From NCBI GenBank assembly GCA_977016875.1, contig CDRNST010000040.1:930001-994000 (forward strand): DNA of 64,000 bases, in the 5' to 3' direction. How positions within the stretch are numbered: the first letter of the stretch is position 1; each line of letters begins with the position of its first letter. The notes beneath the pieces were generated by a model. The model worked only from the letters and a program-made list of their open reading frames with translations. It ran no database searches and was not told where the DNA came from. The translations under genes and the position numbers were made by a program. The DNA comes from Pavona decussata. Its lineage: Eukaryota. This document shows, piece by piece, positions 12,601 through 27,600 of this stretch.

Positions 12601-15600
12601 CGAGTTGTAAAAATAATGTTTTAGTGCGTAGCCAGTGGGGAAAATACTGTTTTTAAAAAAAATGAAGTTCATATCTTTAAGCCACCGTGGTATTTTCTTT
12701 TTATTATTTAAGTAAATCTAGCTCTCGCCATTCTTCACTGACTGTTTGCATAAACAACCGTGGAACAGCGGGAAATGACGTCATCGATATCCTCACCAGT
12801 GAGGATATGGAAAATACGCCACTCGAGTCGCGGATGTAGTTTAATTCGTATGCGAGAAGTGTATTTTCCAGTAAAACACTCCTGTCTTAATTAATTAATT
12901 GTTTTGCGGGAACTGGCTTAGAAATGATATCTTTGTCCTACAGGAAACGATCCCCGTTAAATATACCAGTAACTTTCTCAGGAAATACAGTATGCTTTGA
13001 GCTCTAGGCGACTGTAACAGCCGCTTGTTTGTTCCCTGGTAGGAATGGAAGGTAAGCTTAGTGGGGATGATCAGACTTGGGTCTACGCTAACGGACGTTA
13101 CCTTGGAAACGATAATGGCAGATGGAATGTCCCTAACAGGTANNNNNNNNNNNNNNNNNNNNNNNNNNNNNNNNNNNNNNNNNNNNNNNNNNNNNNNNNN
13201 NNNNNNNNNNNNNNNNNNNNNNNNNNNNNNNNNNNNNNNNNNNNNNNNNNNNNNNNNNNNNNNNNNNNNNNNNNNNNNNNNNNNNNNNNNNNNNNNNNNN
13301 NNNNNNNNNNNNNAGTAAATTCATTTGTACGGTCGAAATAGGAGAGATTACTGGTATAGAATCAGGGTTTGCCATCATAATGTTTTGGAGAGAGAGGAAA
13401 AGGAACAAGCCCACATCCAGGAGAAACCGAGATCATTTTCCATGTGTTCTGTCAGAAAGTCGCCAAGTTCCATTAGCCTGGGGAACTTAAGAAATGACAA
13501 CGCCACAAAACAAAAGGCTTAATGAGCAACAACTATTGCTCCACACATGCGTTTTAAATTTTGGGACATTTCTTTGCCATACTCTGCAAAACAACAACTT
13601 GAAATGACCATATTCAAAGTATTGTGGAGAACGTGAACACATGAAGCCGAATTTCTCATTCTCTTTCTTTACTTGAACGCCACTCCTACCAATTTGGTTC
13701 CTGGGTAGTTCGCCGTTCCTGTAGAAGATGAATCGTTGAAATAACCGCGAAGTAGCACAAGTGAAATAAAGTTATATTTTCAAGAGACGTTTTCGTTAAC
13801 CTTGCCGTCGCCGCTGCTTACGTTTCCTATTTTGTGCACACTAAGTCTTACAAGTCGTATAACAAGGCAAATTGAATAAAGTGTTTGGGAATATTTGGAT
13901 ACAAGCATGATGCAAGCATGACTTTCAAAATTGCTTAATTCAAAATTACTTCTCCTAGAAGATGTATCGGCCTTGTCTTTTCCACAACGTATAATAATAT
14001 ATTAATAATACATCATCATAAAGAAGACAACACGCACGATTTTCAACAATTTAGAGCGACACGGCTGCAAGAAACCTCCATTCGTTGCCAATCATTTTTG
14101 AAATATTTTGTCTTCTTAAAAAAACAAACAAACAAACAAACAAACAAGGAAAAAGACAAACAAAACATACAAACTGACTAAGGAGAACCCAAGCAAACCC
14201 AGGCAGAGGATATTATCTGACAGAGATATTTCCATTCAATTTAATTTATTATATAGGGCCTCTATGGATAGCAGTTTTTATCTTGTACAAAAACTGAAGG
14301 AGTTACCCTATTGAAATACAGGTTTCTTATAGATGCGGTAAAAATGCATGCAGGCTGCCACTAAGAGGAGATGGGAGGGTCATTATAAATTGATGTGAGT
14401 TATATGTTGGCGAAAAGATAAAGAAAATCAACACGAACAGGGAAAGGCTGACTTGAATATCAGACAACCGACTCTTTTGGTTGAGCGACTCGATTGCGCA
14501 AGGTTTAGTTTCATGGATATTTTGAGGACAGTAAAATAACTTGCAGTAGTTGCAATATCAAATTTTGAAAACTGCACACGCAAAGCGTGTGCAGATCAAG
14601 ATTCTCTATGCTTTCAGCGGAATAAATAATTGAAGAGTATAACAGATCTGTCTATCATATTTTTCATATTTATTTTAACAGCTTCTACTTCCCAGCCGAT
14701 CTTCAAAGTGTTGCAGTGTACGTGAAAAACAAAGGCGGACTAGCAGGTTTTATCGCGTCGTTCGGGAATGGCATAGTTACGGATGGCACATGGAAATGTA
14801 CAACTCACGGCGTGCGGAACTGGCAAACAGCCGGCTTTGACGATAGCAACTGGCCAGCGGCTGTAGTGCACAGCGAAAACAGTGGCAACGTTAGAGTCAA
14901 CGGAATTGCATCCAATGCAAAGTGGATTGGGCCAAGTCAGAGGAACGCTAATGCAATTTTTTGTAGACGGCGAATGACTCTTTTTGGAGAAACGCCGACC
15001 GTCGGCGGAAGTGAGTGATGTTTTTGCTAACAAGTCGAGTTAAGTTATATAGGGGAGATGGTAATTTTGCGGGTTCGTGTAATACCAGTGGCGTGTGACA
15101 CAAAATAAAGGCGAGTTTTCACTAGGACGTAAGCATAAGCAGAAGCAGAAGCTCAAACGTCGCTTAAGCAAGTGAGAACACCTGCGGCATAAGCATAAGC
15201 ACAAGAAGAACGAACGTGTTCATTCTTCTTGTGCGTATGCTTATGGTTATGTCATGTTATATGCAAGTCGCCGTTTTCACCAGCGAGAGAACAGAATGGA
15301 GGGACGACATAAGCACAAGCAGAAGCACAAGGCAGTCAACCGTTTCGTCCGCCATATTGCTTAACACTGAGGGGAGCTGGTGTCGAGAATTCCGTGAAGA
15401 AATGCTTTTATGCGCGTGCATCTGTCGTTATGCTTATATACAGCTGTAGCTAGTGTTCTCACTTGCTTATGCTTAAGCTTATACTTATGTCCTAGTGAAA
15501 ACCAGCGTTAAACGTGAATGGATAAATGATCATCATGTTACCTTTTGGTGAAACACTATTTTTTTATGAGAGTTTTCTCCCGTACACAACACAGGTTGTG

Positions 15601-18600
15601 ACAGACCTCTTGGTCTACAAAGCGGTTGGGTGGAAAACAATCAGATGACAGCATCCTCTGTGTGGGATGGAAAACACGCCGCCTGGAGGGGAAGGCTTCA
15701 TATGCCAAAACAGGGCAGCTATCGAGGGGCATGGTCAGCAAAGTACAATAACCCTAACCAGTGGATTCAGGTCTGAAAACGCGACATGTTAAGAAAATGT
15801 TATCATTTCAACTATTTTTATAATTCTGGATGACGTTAGATAATAAACTAAGAGAAGTCCAGTTTTCTTTTCATGGAATACCGAACGAAAAGCCCTCCCG
15901 CTAAAAAGTCACTGCCTACACAAACCAGCCACTCTTTCATCTCCCTTGGTTATATCGCTTTCCTATTCGGCTATGCTCTCTTAAGACCCATAGTTTCAAA
16001 GTTTGCTTTGATGAGCCAGCAAGCGAAACACCTAGTTTCTATTTTCCGCTGAACAAGTTTTACTTTACAACTAATTCGGAAAATGACAGGCAATGCGAGC
16101 GAGCAAGTCATAAATCAAGTTCTTGATTTCTTCTGTAAATTGTTTATAGACTAGCTACGTACATTTTTGTAACACCCCAGCATAGAAACTGCAGTGCTAG
16201 CAGTTGAACAGAGTGGTTGATAAATATTATTGAGTACCAGAAGTAAAGAGTCTCTCATTAGATTTGGTAAATCACTTTGCATTGTATATCATATGCATAC
16301 TGTGGAATCCTACAAATGAATTAAAAAACAGCGCTAGCAGCAACTCGCTCGTTATTTACTGACTTCCCAGATCTCATTTTACTCTTTAGATCTCATTTCA
16401 CCGTCCGATGAAAATTAACGCCCTTGCTACTCAAGGACGAGCTGACTTCAACCAGTGGGTCACTAGCTATACCTTGAGCTACAGTGAAGATGGCACAAAA
16501 TACTCTGTGTACAGTGTTGGCGGACATCAAAAGGTCGGTGAAGGGACATACTGAATGTAAGATGATTAAGTTAGGTCTTGTTTAAGTCTTCGTCAATGGT
16601 AGGCCGCCTCATAAGCTTACTCAATAGGCTGACAGACTACAGATTCGAGGGAAGGAATAATACTACGGAGATTTTAGTAACTGTATTTAAAAGTAACCCA
16701 TTGCTTCTAGAAAAGAGGCATGAGATATAGTATTTGGTCAACAAGGGTCAAAGTTTGAACTTCAAAAGAATTGCAATAGCCAAACAACAGTCTATGAAGA
16801 GTACTTGGATTCTCGTCAAATCTTGGTCACCCTCGCTCTAATTTTCCAAAAGAAAAGTGTCTCAGCAGATTCTTGAAGCCAAATGGTTGTTTTTGTTCCT
16901 ACAAACCTAGCCTTGTAGCAGACAGCCAATCAGAGTAGTTGGTTTATTTATAAATTGTTGTGTTTCTTGTATGTTACTGGCTAGCTGACTGGCTAGAATG
17001 GTAAACGAATTAACTTCCCTAATTAACCTACTAGGTGTTCAGTGCAAACAGCGACAGGAACACAGTCGTTAAACACAGCATTGTACCCAACATAGAGGCT
17101 CGCTTTGTTCGGCTTCACCCAAAGACCTGGCGAGCAGGTATTTCTATGAGGATGGAACTTTATGGATGTTTGAAGGGTAAGTAAGCTCATTTTTTAGTTA
17201 ATTGTAATAACGTAAAGTACAATTTCAAAAAAGTGGGGAAGGAAGTCGTCGATGCTTTAGCTCTGGTCCCCTAACAGCGGTGCCATGTTGCAGCAGGAAA
17301 GCTTAGCTGAGGTATATTACACTTGCACCTCAATTAACCCCTTAAGACCAGCATAAAGCAACTAGGAGTATTAATAACTCCCTTTAAATGGGATGGTTAT
17401 CCATAGTAGGGTTATAACTACGGAGAACATTTGTTTCGCTGATATCCATAATGCATGTAGGTGGAAAGATACATATTGGCAGGAAACGATGCAGGGACCA
17501 GCCACCCTGGAATTCTTCTCTATTTCGACCAAAGGAAGAGGGCGTCAACTTATCCTCACGTGATTACTGTAACGGCTAATGGTGAAATATAAAAACTGCC
17601 ATAATTGCAGCATTAACAATAATACAATTGATCTATAAAAGGTCTAAAGCCCTGTTTGTGCAGATTTGATTCAATTTCAATTTGTGCTTCTCAAGTTTCC
17701 CTATCTCCTCAATCGAGACATTAGAATTAATTCATTCACACGTAAATCTGTTCCAGTTTGCAAGGTGGATGTTGGTATTCTAATGGATGAGTCTGGCAGT
17801 GTAAGCAAAGATGACTTTGAGCGACAAAAGAGCTTTGTGAAGGCCCTTGCTGGTCATTTCCAATTTGGTCCCGATGGTGCTCAATTTGGAGTGATCACGT
17901 TTAGTTCAGGCGCTCAGCTAGATATCACCCTCAATAGATATGGAGACACTGCCTCCTTTGGAGAAGGCGTGAATCGCATTAGACATGCAGGTATTGCTTA
18001 TTTTTGTCACCATTCCAGACAATTTTGACATAACCAGACGCCTATCCTGGTAATATACAGGAACTGAGCATTTCGAAGAGCAAGAAAATCTGGAAAAAGC
18101 AGGAACAGGAACCAAGACAGAATACTTTGATCGAGACAATAAAAAACGAATGACATATTGAAATATTAAACTGAATAAAAGCGTGCAATGCAATGTCATC
18201 AGCATCAAAAACGAGAGGGACGAGAGCTTCTATGAATATCTTAAGCCCCAATGTCAATGTCCATATTCTCCATATACTTCTTATGGTACTAGTTGAAAGA
18301 ATTTGTTTGAACATCTACACATCATTTGCTTTATTTGTATGGCCTGGCGAGTGTATGCTTGAAGAAGTAGTGAAATTATAGGCGAAATTCAGTAGACGCT
18401 AAGACGTTTTCCATTCAGCCAAAATGTTGGTTCAACCCGTTGAATGCAAATGCTACGATCTTTGGAGGTACTCCACTTTTTCCGTTCCAAGCGTTTGATG
18501 CTGAAATTACTGTTTCATTTACACAAAATTTCCATTTCTATGTTGCTATCCTCTTGCGCCCGACGTGCGTTTTTTGCTGTACCAATGAAGTTGAAAGTTT

Positions 18601-21600
18601 CCGGATTTCCAACCAAAAGTTTAAATAAACGGAAAGCGCCCCTGGTCAGCACTGGACTTAAAGAGTCAAAGGAAAAAGGCAGGAGTAAACTGTAGGGAAT
18701 CAGAATGTGCGGATTCCCCCTGTCCCTATCTTGCACCATCCATGAACCAATGCTCCAATGTGTCGTCATCCCCCTTACCTTACTTAGACGAACCCTCTGT
18801 CTCACAAATAAACGTTGAAACAGCCGCGTTATTTTGGGCTTGTAGGTGGATGGACTTACACCAGCAAAGCTCTGAACTTGGCTTACAACCAGCTGTTCAC
18901 CGCCGCTAAAGGTGCACGTGCGAATGTAGCAAAGGTAATCCAAACATTATTTCTGTTATAGTATATAATTCTTTAGGTCGTCGAGTGTAAGCAACGCGAA
19001 ACGTTAGACTGAGCGAAATGATCGAGCGATGGCTCCTTGGATGTCCATTTTATCTTTATTCAGTAGCTTGTTTAAGAAGACAAGTCAAACATTCAAGGTA
19101 ATGTGTCAAGTCTGATCAGAAAATAAATTCAAGAGAGAAAGTCTCGTCAAGAAAATCGTTTCCACTTCTCCTTTTTCACCGTTTTACCCTTCGCTTGAAA
19201 TATTATTGTACACTTTTCAAAACGTCGGAAAAACAGTTCGGGACCGTAACAATTGTTTCAAGGGTTAACAATTTACATAAATCATAACCGATGTTTATTT
19301 GATTTTGAAGTTAAATGTTAAAACGTCTGTCTTTTTGTAGTGCAATGATGAAGCCAGATTTAAAAAAAACATACCAAGGACATTTAGTTACGAGAACGCT
19401 GACGTCGTTGACATTCCCGTCAAAAATAGGAAAGCCAGATTTTCTCTCTTATGGTGCAACGTTTAATAATATTTTGAAACTTAAATACAAGACAGCTTTC
19501 ACCTGCAAATATGAAACGCCTAATAGAGGCGGATCAGGTGGAAAAGACAAAAAAATATATATATGAGCTTACTAGTTACAATATCAATTGATAAGTAAAG
19601 TAATAAATTCAAAAGTGAGGTTTTTCCTCCTCCTCCTTGGAAAGCGCCCACTGTTTGTCTGTAGCTTGACGTGATGTCATCAAAATAATTGCAAATAAAA
19701 ACACCGCAGGACATCTGGTAGCCTGCTTAATGTCCTTAGTACCTTCTCCGGTTCGAAATATCCCTACTAGGCAATTTCGTCCTCCAATTTAATCGCAAAA
19801 GAAAAGGCTCTTGAAGAGCGTGATTAATTTCCTTCTCCAGCAGGAGAAAGCTCAAAGGAAGGCTACCTTTTTTGTTTTGACCATACAACACTGCGGAGAT
19901 GTTTGCACTTTTTCATGCTCTATCAATGGGTAGAGTTCTTAGATGGGTAATGGTCTTTATTTCTCCGTCAATTCCAGCATTCCCATATTTCGATTCGATC
20001 TTATTGTGGAACTGGTCCAAACCATCTGCAATAGATGTGACTTTCCTCCCTAGAAAATGTAATAACTTTGATAGCAAAAGAGTTTGTAAAACAGTGTTTT
20101 CTCAATCTAGGTGCTGATAGTCATCACTGACGGCAAGGCTACAGGGGGAATGCAAACCTTGAAAGCGCCAATCAAGCTTCTGAAGGATTCCTCTGTGAAT
20201 ATCATCTCCGTTGGAGTTGGGAAAAACATTAACCCCAGTGAACTGCGATTCATGGCTTCGTTGCCTAGCAGCAGGCACGTGTTCTCAGTCCAGAATATGA
20301 ATCAGCTAAGGAATCTGATTGGCTCGATTACAGCGTCGTCATGTACAAGTAAGTGTAACTGGTTGAGAGGATCAGTATGACGATACAACGCAAGCACGAG
20401 GGTGTACTTCTACATATAAGTAAGGTTGGTTTGTGCACCCTGTTCGGAACTTGAATACGATTTTTGACCTTCTGATCTGAAAAGAGCGCATTAAAGGCTT
20501 CATTTTAAAGAAAAAAGAGAAAGAGAAAGTCCTAAAGATATCACTTGGCATGATTAAATACCATTTTTGCCTCCTGAAGATCCACAAGTTGAAATAAAAG
20601 TTTAGCTATAGAAGTTTCTTTTTGTGGTGTTTTTTTGCCTTGGAAATCAGACTTGCAGGTTTTGCTGCAAACTGTAGTCCTGAAAGATTTTCCTTTGTCA
20701 TTCTTGAGAAATACGAGGTCAAGTGAAAATGTTGTTTTTTTTTTGCAGCATACAACTGTCGTTACGTCGTCTGTGACTATAACACGTGGGGTGCATGGTC
20801 TGCCACTTGTGGCACCGGAATGAGACGCACGCGGAGCCTGGCCAAGGTCAACGAACATTATATCAAAAGGCAGGGCGGCTGTGCAGGACTCAAAGTCACG
20901 TGCGACAGGCAGGAGACAGAAACGAAGACGACAAACTGTGAGTTCAGTATGAATTTTTTCCGAATTGAATAAAGTGATTAACAATGTGTAATATTATTAT
21001 ATGATCGCGAGGTCGAAGTCGTGGTCTTATTGTGAGACTTGACTCAAGGTCCCCAAAATCAGCAGTTACGCGAAGGCCGGCACTTTGTAAATCCAGGACT
21101 GATTTAGAAAATAGCGCATCATGAATTAGTTGTGAGCGATGCTTACTGATTGTTCAGTTTAGGTGTCAGAGTTGGTTGTTGATATTTGCTTTGAGGGAAG
21201 GTCTATTGCTAGCCTTTCCAGTTTTCGTCATCCTGTAACCACATCAATTTTTAATTTCAAGAGTTAATCGTCTATTAATTATTAAAAAAAATATTGTGTA
21301 ATTCAGATTTGTAAGTAGCTTCATCTTTCCGAATCTGAAGAAAATTTGAGGTTTCTTAGAGACCTGATTAAACACAGGGAGATCTGAAAAAAAATTGCAC
21401 AACTGCGATAATTTTGGAAACATTAACATGGCTTGCAGGCATGCACTGCCTGTACGCTATACTTTCTTTGTAAAAATATCAAGTTCCAAACTGTAGTACT
21501 CTGTTGAACTGGGTCAGGTCTCTACGAACCATCAGACTAACGCCAAACTCTATTATGACAATCCAGTCTTGTTAATTAAATTATATTATGAAAAACATTA

Positions 21601-24600
21601 CACGCTTACCGTGAGTTGCTCCCTGCAGATACAATAAAAATCTTCCTGCGAGTACCTAGTGGAGTAAGAACCTGTAGGTTAAAATTTTTCGTTTACATCT
21701 CTAACTTACAAACCTAAAATAAGTTTTGATTTCGGGAAAATCTTTTTTTGTTGGAAATGTCATAATGGTTGAGGTTGGTTCCTGAGAGTTTAAATAACTG
21801 AGAAGAAATAAAGCAGGGTATACTTACAATGGAGTATCATTAATCATACTGTACATTTATAACCAAATACACACTGAATTAGTTTTCTGACCAGCAACAA
21901 GATTATATAAGCACATAAAGAGACTAATTCCTCAATATTAACCAAATATAGACACTTTTTTAACCTTTAAACTTACTGTTTTTATACGAGGTACTGAAAT
22001 GTTAATATACCTTATTACAATATTGTTCTTTTCGTAAAATCTTGATTTCTCTCATTCCTCAAGAACAGCAAGCTGATACAATTCTTTATTTTTTAAAATC
22101 AATTTTTGTGGCAAAAAAGGTCCCTGCATTAGCGTGGCTTGTTCCTGGAATCTATGGGGCAGTTGGTCCTCTACATGTGGCCGGATGACACGCCAGCGCA
22201 CCACTAAAGTCACGCAATCCATTATCCATCGTCCCAATTGTAACGGTTTGCAGAGCTCTTGCCCCAAGCCGGAAGTGCAATCGTTCTACATATCCTGTGA
22301 GTAACACATTAAGTCATTTCGATAAATAACTTTAGGGACAATACCTCAATTTTTCAACCGGCTACTGGGTAGCCGTCTCTTATCCCAATCCTTATGTAAT
22401 TTACATTAGCTATTGAGTTTGGATTGAATTTTGTTAGGATTGATATCTTGGTATGATCAATATTGGCAAAGCATTGAAGGTGGGTGCAATAAAATCAAAG
22501 TTGAGCTATCATTATCATCGTTATTACTGTTATTTATTACTTGCTTGACCGACCCTAAAATGAACAGTGTGATAAGGCAACAAGACAAAATCGCTATAAA
22601 CTAGTTATAATTTTAGTGGTTAAAAATTTAAGAAAATCGACAACAATTTTGATTTTTGAAAACACGTTTCGACAGCTCTTTTGTTATCTTTAGTTTAAAT
22701 TGTAAAGTACAAAGATGACAGAAGAGCTGCCGAAACTTGTTTTCAAAAGTCAAAACTGTTGTCGTTTTTCTTAAACTTTTTACCTGCCTACTGCTATCCA
22801 GACCTTTTTAAATTTTAGTGGTAATTTTCGTTATTAAGCATCTTTACGAAAGTCAGCCATGACAGACAAGAAACATTTTCTTTATAGGTTGCAAAGGTGA
22901 ATTGGGAATCTTAATGGACGAATCAGGGAGTATAGGAGATAGTGATTTCGTCAGAGAGAAAAACTTCGTGACTTCTCTTGCAAATGGCTTCACCAACTTT
23001 GGCCCCAATGGAGTGCAGATGGGAGTAATAACATACAGCACGGATGCAAGGCTTGATATCAGACTTAATCAGTATTCCAACAAGATGGATTTTATTAACG
23101 CCGTTAAACGTATCAAATATGCAGGTAGGGACTACTTTTTGTGTGTGCATGGTAACTCATTTTTATCAATTCAGAAGATTGCAATGGCGATCTAAGAGAC
23201 ATTGAGGGTTGAAGGCATTTTTGCGTTGAAAGTAGAATGTAGCGCTTTCACAATGCGCTAACTCTTTTTTGGACAACTCAAAAGAGTGCACATCAAATTT
23301 TAATCAGACATTTCTGGTCATGTTAACTTCACAAAAATTGCAGTAACTTACGTTTTCGTTTGATATTGTGCAAATTACTAACGCTTTCGTAATTATCTTT
23401 TGCGCATTGATAAAACTATAGAGAGCCACCTGTATTTTGGTCAAAAATGATCACATATTTGAAGATAAACCTTTTTGCTAACATGAAATTGCTCTTACAA
23501 CAAAGAAATTATTAAGGGATTTCTCCAAGGAAGAACGAACTATAGTCTGTTTTTAGCGACGTCTCTAAAGTACCTAAGAAGAACTTGAAAAAATTGGCCA
23601 ATTTTTTCAAGTTGCAATCCATTTTCATCGGCTTAGCCATCTGCTGCCAAATTTAATTAATACTAGTTTCTGTGCATTGGTAAGGTTATTGTTAACAAAA
23701 CTAACCATTTCAACGATTCCATCGATTCAAATACGTTTTTGGGCCACTTAAATTGCCATTAACATAGGTATCACCTCCCCTTTAAAAGACAATTTCATAT
23801 ATGTTATTATTTAAATTATATATTATTGTTTAATGACTCAGTGGAAATCATGTTCAACGTCAAATAAGTAGTCCATTGACAGTCAATCAATAATAAAAAT
23901 GTAGCTGTTTGGCCATTTACAAATTGTTTTGCTGATAATGATCATAGCTGATTTTTTTGATTGTTGACCATGAAAATGTCCCTAGTTTTCGTGTAACGGT
24001 TATATGATGAGCTGTGTCATGATGACCATTGATTGTTTACCACATTGAAATTTCAGTTGGTTGTGTAAGACACTCGCTTGACTCAGCAGAGAGACACCAG
24101 AAATCTTTGGTGTAGCTCTTCTTCATTCTTAAAGGAACTGGTTCTTCACTTTATCAATTCTACAACTATTCAGTTCCATTTTACGTCTACTCTACAAGCC
24201 ATCTAAGACTATTCTACTCCATTGTACATCTTTTCCACAAGTATCACTCAAATCATTCCTTACTTTATAGTGTGCTGTAAACATGTTTACGACTGTTATT
24301 CAACCAACGCCAAATGGTCCCAACCAGAGATAAGAATTGGTTTTGCCAAAATATACTAACAGGAAAGAACAACAAAACTGTTCTAAGGAAATAGATAGAA
24401 AGGGAAACCAATCAGGCTGATAAACTCCTTAAGTGTTTTGCCTTGATTTCAACCTTCGAGGAGCCCCAAGCCAAGGTTAAAGGAAGTAGGCAAACCTGTC
24501 AACAGTACAGCTTTTATCTCTAATTTTTGAACAACAGGAAAATGTCAAATAATCCTGAAAATATCCATCAAAACTATCGGAAGGAAATAACAACTGTATT

Positions 24601-27600
24601 CTAAAATTAAAGTCGAAAACACACCCTTTCATCAGCTTCACACCAGTTGATGTAACAAAGAATCAAAACAGTTTATTTACTCGTCATCGGGTATAACGCC
24701 ATACGACATAATCATCCAATTTATGAATTTGTACAGAAGCATTATTTTTTTTTCAACAGGGGGCTGGACATACACTTCTAAAGCCCTAAACATCGCGAAG
24801 AATCAGCTATTTCACTCTTCATACGGCGCACGCTCAGGGGTGTCAAAGGTTTGTCAGGATTCGTGAGTATGTAGGGAGTATGTTTTACGTAGTCAGGAGT
24901 CAGGAGCAAGTCACACTTCAGCAGCGTCGCTTATAATTCAAGTCAGGCCATCTTCTTTTGTTTCCTCCATTTACAGTCGTCCGGCTGACTCACATTTTTG
25001 CAATGTTTCAAAAAACAAAGTGATACAATTACAATTTTCGCTCAGTACACAGAAAGATATATAAAAAAATAACTGTAACTAAGATATCAATTAAGAACCA
25101 ATACAATATCATGTTGTCAAACGTTACAGTCTAGAGGCTAAAGAAACCAATCTGCGTTATACGACCATGACAATTGTTCAAAGAGAGTTTCTTTACAGAT
25201 TGCAATACCCTATCGTATGCCGGGTTTTGGCCCAGAGTCAGGTTAACTTTTTGAAATATTGTGAGTTTTCTCATATTAGCGCATTCATTATCCCAATGTG
25301 AGCAGAATTTCGAATAAAATGTAGAATCTGTTTTTAACTCATTGTCTGATCCTTCATTCGAATTCTTGGAATTTCCTTCCTCACAAAAAAATAGACTAGC
25401 ATAGAGTATTTCGCCCTTTTCCTAACCATTACAACCATATGCAAACCATCAATTCTGAGACTAGTTTGGTTGTCATTTTAGAATCATGATATCCATTCAA
25501 CTTAGCGTGCGGAATGAACAGATCGGAGAAGCGTACTTTTTGCTTATACAGGGGAAAAATGGAAAGTTTTGCTTTCCTTTTTAGATTCTTATTGTTTTAA
25601 CGGATGGAGCAACTACTGGTGGGATTCAATCTCTCCGAGTTCCGCTCGAAAACCTTAAAAAGAGCTACGTCAATATATTCGCTATCGGAATTGGCAATGG
25701 AATCAACAGGCAGGAGCTTGAGTTGATGGCCACAGAGCCCGTCAGGGATCACGTGTTCTTTGTGGCTAACATGCAGCAACTACAAACTTTATTGCAGCGA
25801 ATTGGTGAATCGTCCTGCAAGAGTAAGTTAATTATTAAAGGGGAAGAGGGTGCCTGTGTTGTGTCAGTCTTCTATGTTACGAATACAACTATGCCACAGC
25901 CAGGTCTAAAAGAGCCTATAGTGTAATCGCTTTAAAATCGTTGCAAATGTTTTGTTGAATTGGATTTAAAAAAAATCCAACAACAATAAATAACACAAAC
26001 GAAACTAGACTGAACAGGTAAGCGCTAAGCTAAGGAGATTGTATTTGACTTGTTACGAGCAAGAAACAACGAAGGATTTGAGCCAACATCCTTTCCGATA
26101 CTGATAGGAAGACGTTGTTTCCATGATTGCTGCAATCACTGCTACAGCCCATTTATCGCCGGGAGTATATATTTAGCAAAGAAACGGGACCTAAGGTCTT
26201 TTAGTGATGAGGAACTGCCTCGCTCGCGAATGGACGCTGAACGCTACTGAAAGAAGAAATCAATGTACTTAATTACCTTATATATTAAAAATAACTAATA
26301 AACTAAATTACTAATTAATTAAGAACTAGTTTTTAGCTAACAATTAACAAGACATAATTTAAAGATCAGATTATCCCTATCTAGACCGGGGGGAGGCCAA
26401 TCGGCCCACGGCGACTTTGAACCTAATTAACTTTTTTTAATATTTGAGCAAACACCCTGAAACTTTATGACGTTTTCAGAAATTTATCTGGAAAAAATTT
26501 TTGTGGTCGGTTAGTGTTGATTGATAATAATAATAAAATAAATAAAATAAAATAAAATTAGCCCGGTATAGATAGGGTTAATAAATTAATTTAGATGTTT
26601 TAGCATGCCCCCCTTTCCAAATTCTATAAGACCAAAACAAGATATCTTGGTATAGTGAAATTATATTTGAACAAGTTGAGCTTTTTTCCTCAAGTCAGGA
26701 TTTTGATATTGTGTGCACTTGCACAGCCTTAATTTTTTTCAACGTATATTAACAATCTTCTTTCTCGATTTAATTTGATTTTTATGAACAGAATACAAGT
26801 GCAAGTATGTAACGTGTGAATATAGTGTGTGGTCCTCTTGGTCCAGCTCTTGTGGTAGCGGAATGAACAGGAAGAGAACACTGACCAAACAGACCGAACT
26901 CATCAAAGACCAACAAGGTGGCTGCTCAGGTCTCACAACAACATGTGATAAGGAAAAACTGGAAACCAAAAGTGCCACCTGTAAGTGACTCTGTTTGTCA
27001 TACTCCCAAAAAGTGCTACACTACAAATCTGATAACCCCTTTTCGTCATTAACTTTTCATCGGAATGGTAACATCATAGGTTGATATATAATTTATTTAC
27101 AAACTTAAAATCAAGAAGAACATTGAAAGGCATACTGAATACTTCAGCATTTACAATTCAATATCTTTCTTCTTTTATTTATTATTTTTCTGTTGCTGAC
27201 TGATCACTTTTCGCTGTTTTCGTTTCAAATCATCTACGCCATAAGAAAATGTGTTGTAAGGTGAATTAACTCGCACCTGCCATCTAGACCAAACAATCTC
27301 TATTACATTATGTTCTATTTAATGTCTTCTTTACTTAGTTCGGCATTCCTAAAATAACATGATCACAAATCTTGAAATGATTTTAACTATTGTTTCTTTC
27401 CCCAATTTTTTATAGTCAAATGTATCTCGAAGTCACATGTTGTTTGATTATAAATGAAAATTAAGGACATATCCCACGTCACTTTTATACACTCGATTGA
27501 AAAACCATTGTCCTGTGCAGAGTGAAAATCGCGAACGATGCAACCTGATGGAATTATGGGTTGATATAGCTAACTTGCGATTAGATCGTTTTTTAATTTT

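Noticed and set aside
12944-12970. Extra microexon after the acceptor ctttgtcctacag
   Set aside because: In the required phase it hits TAA after five codons.
13143-13313. ORFs spanning N runs (also at 36575-36723 and 56633-56761)
   Set aside because: Artefacts of assembly gaps. Exon phases on either side are already compatible.
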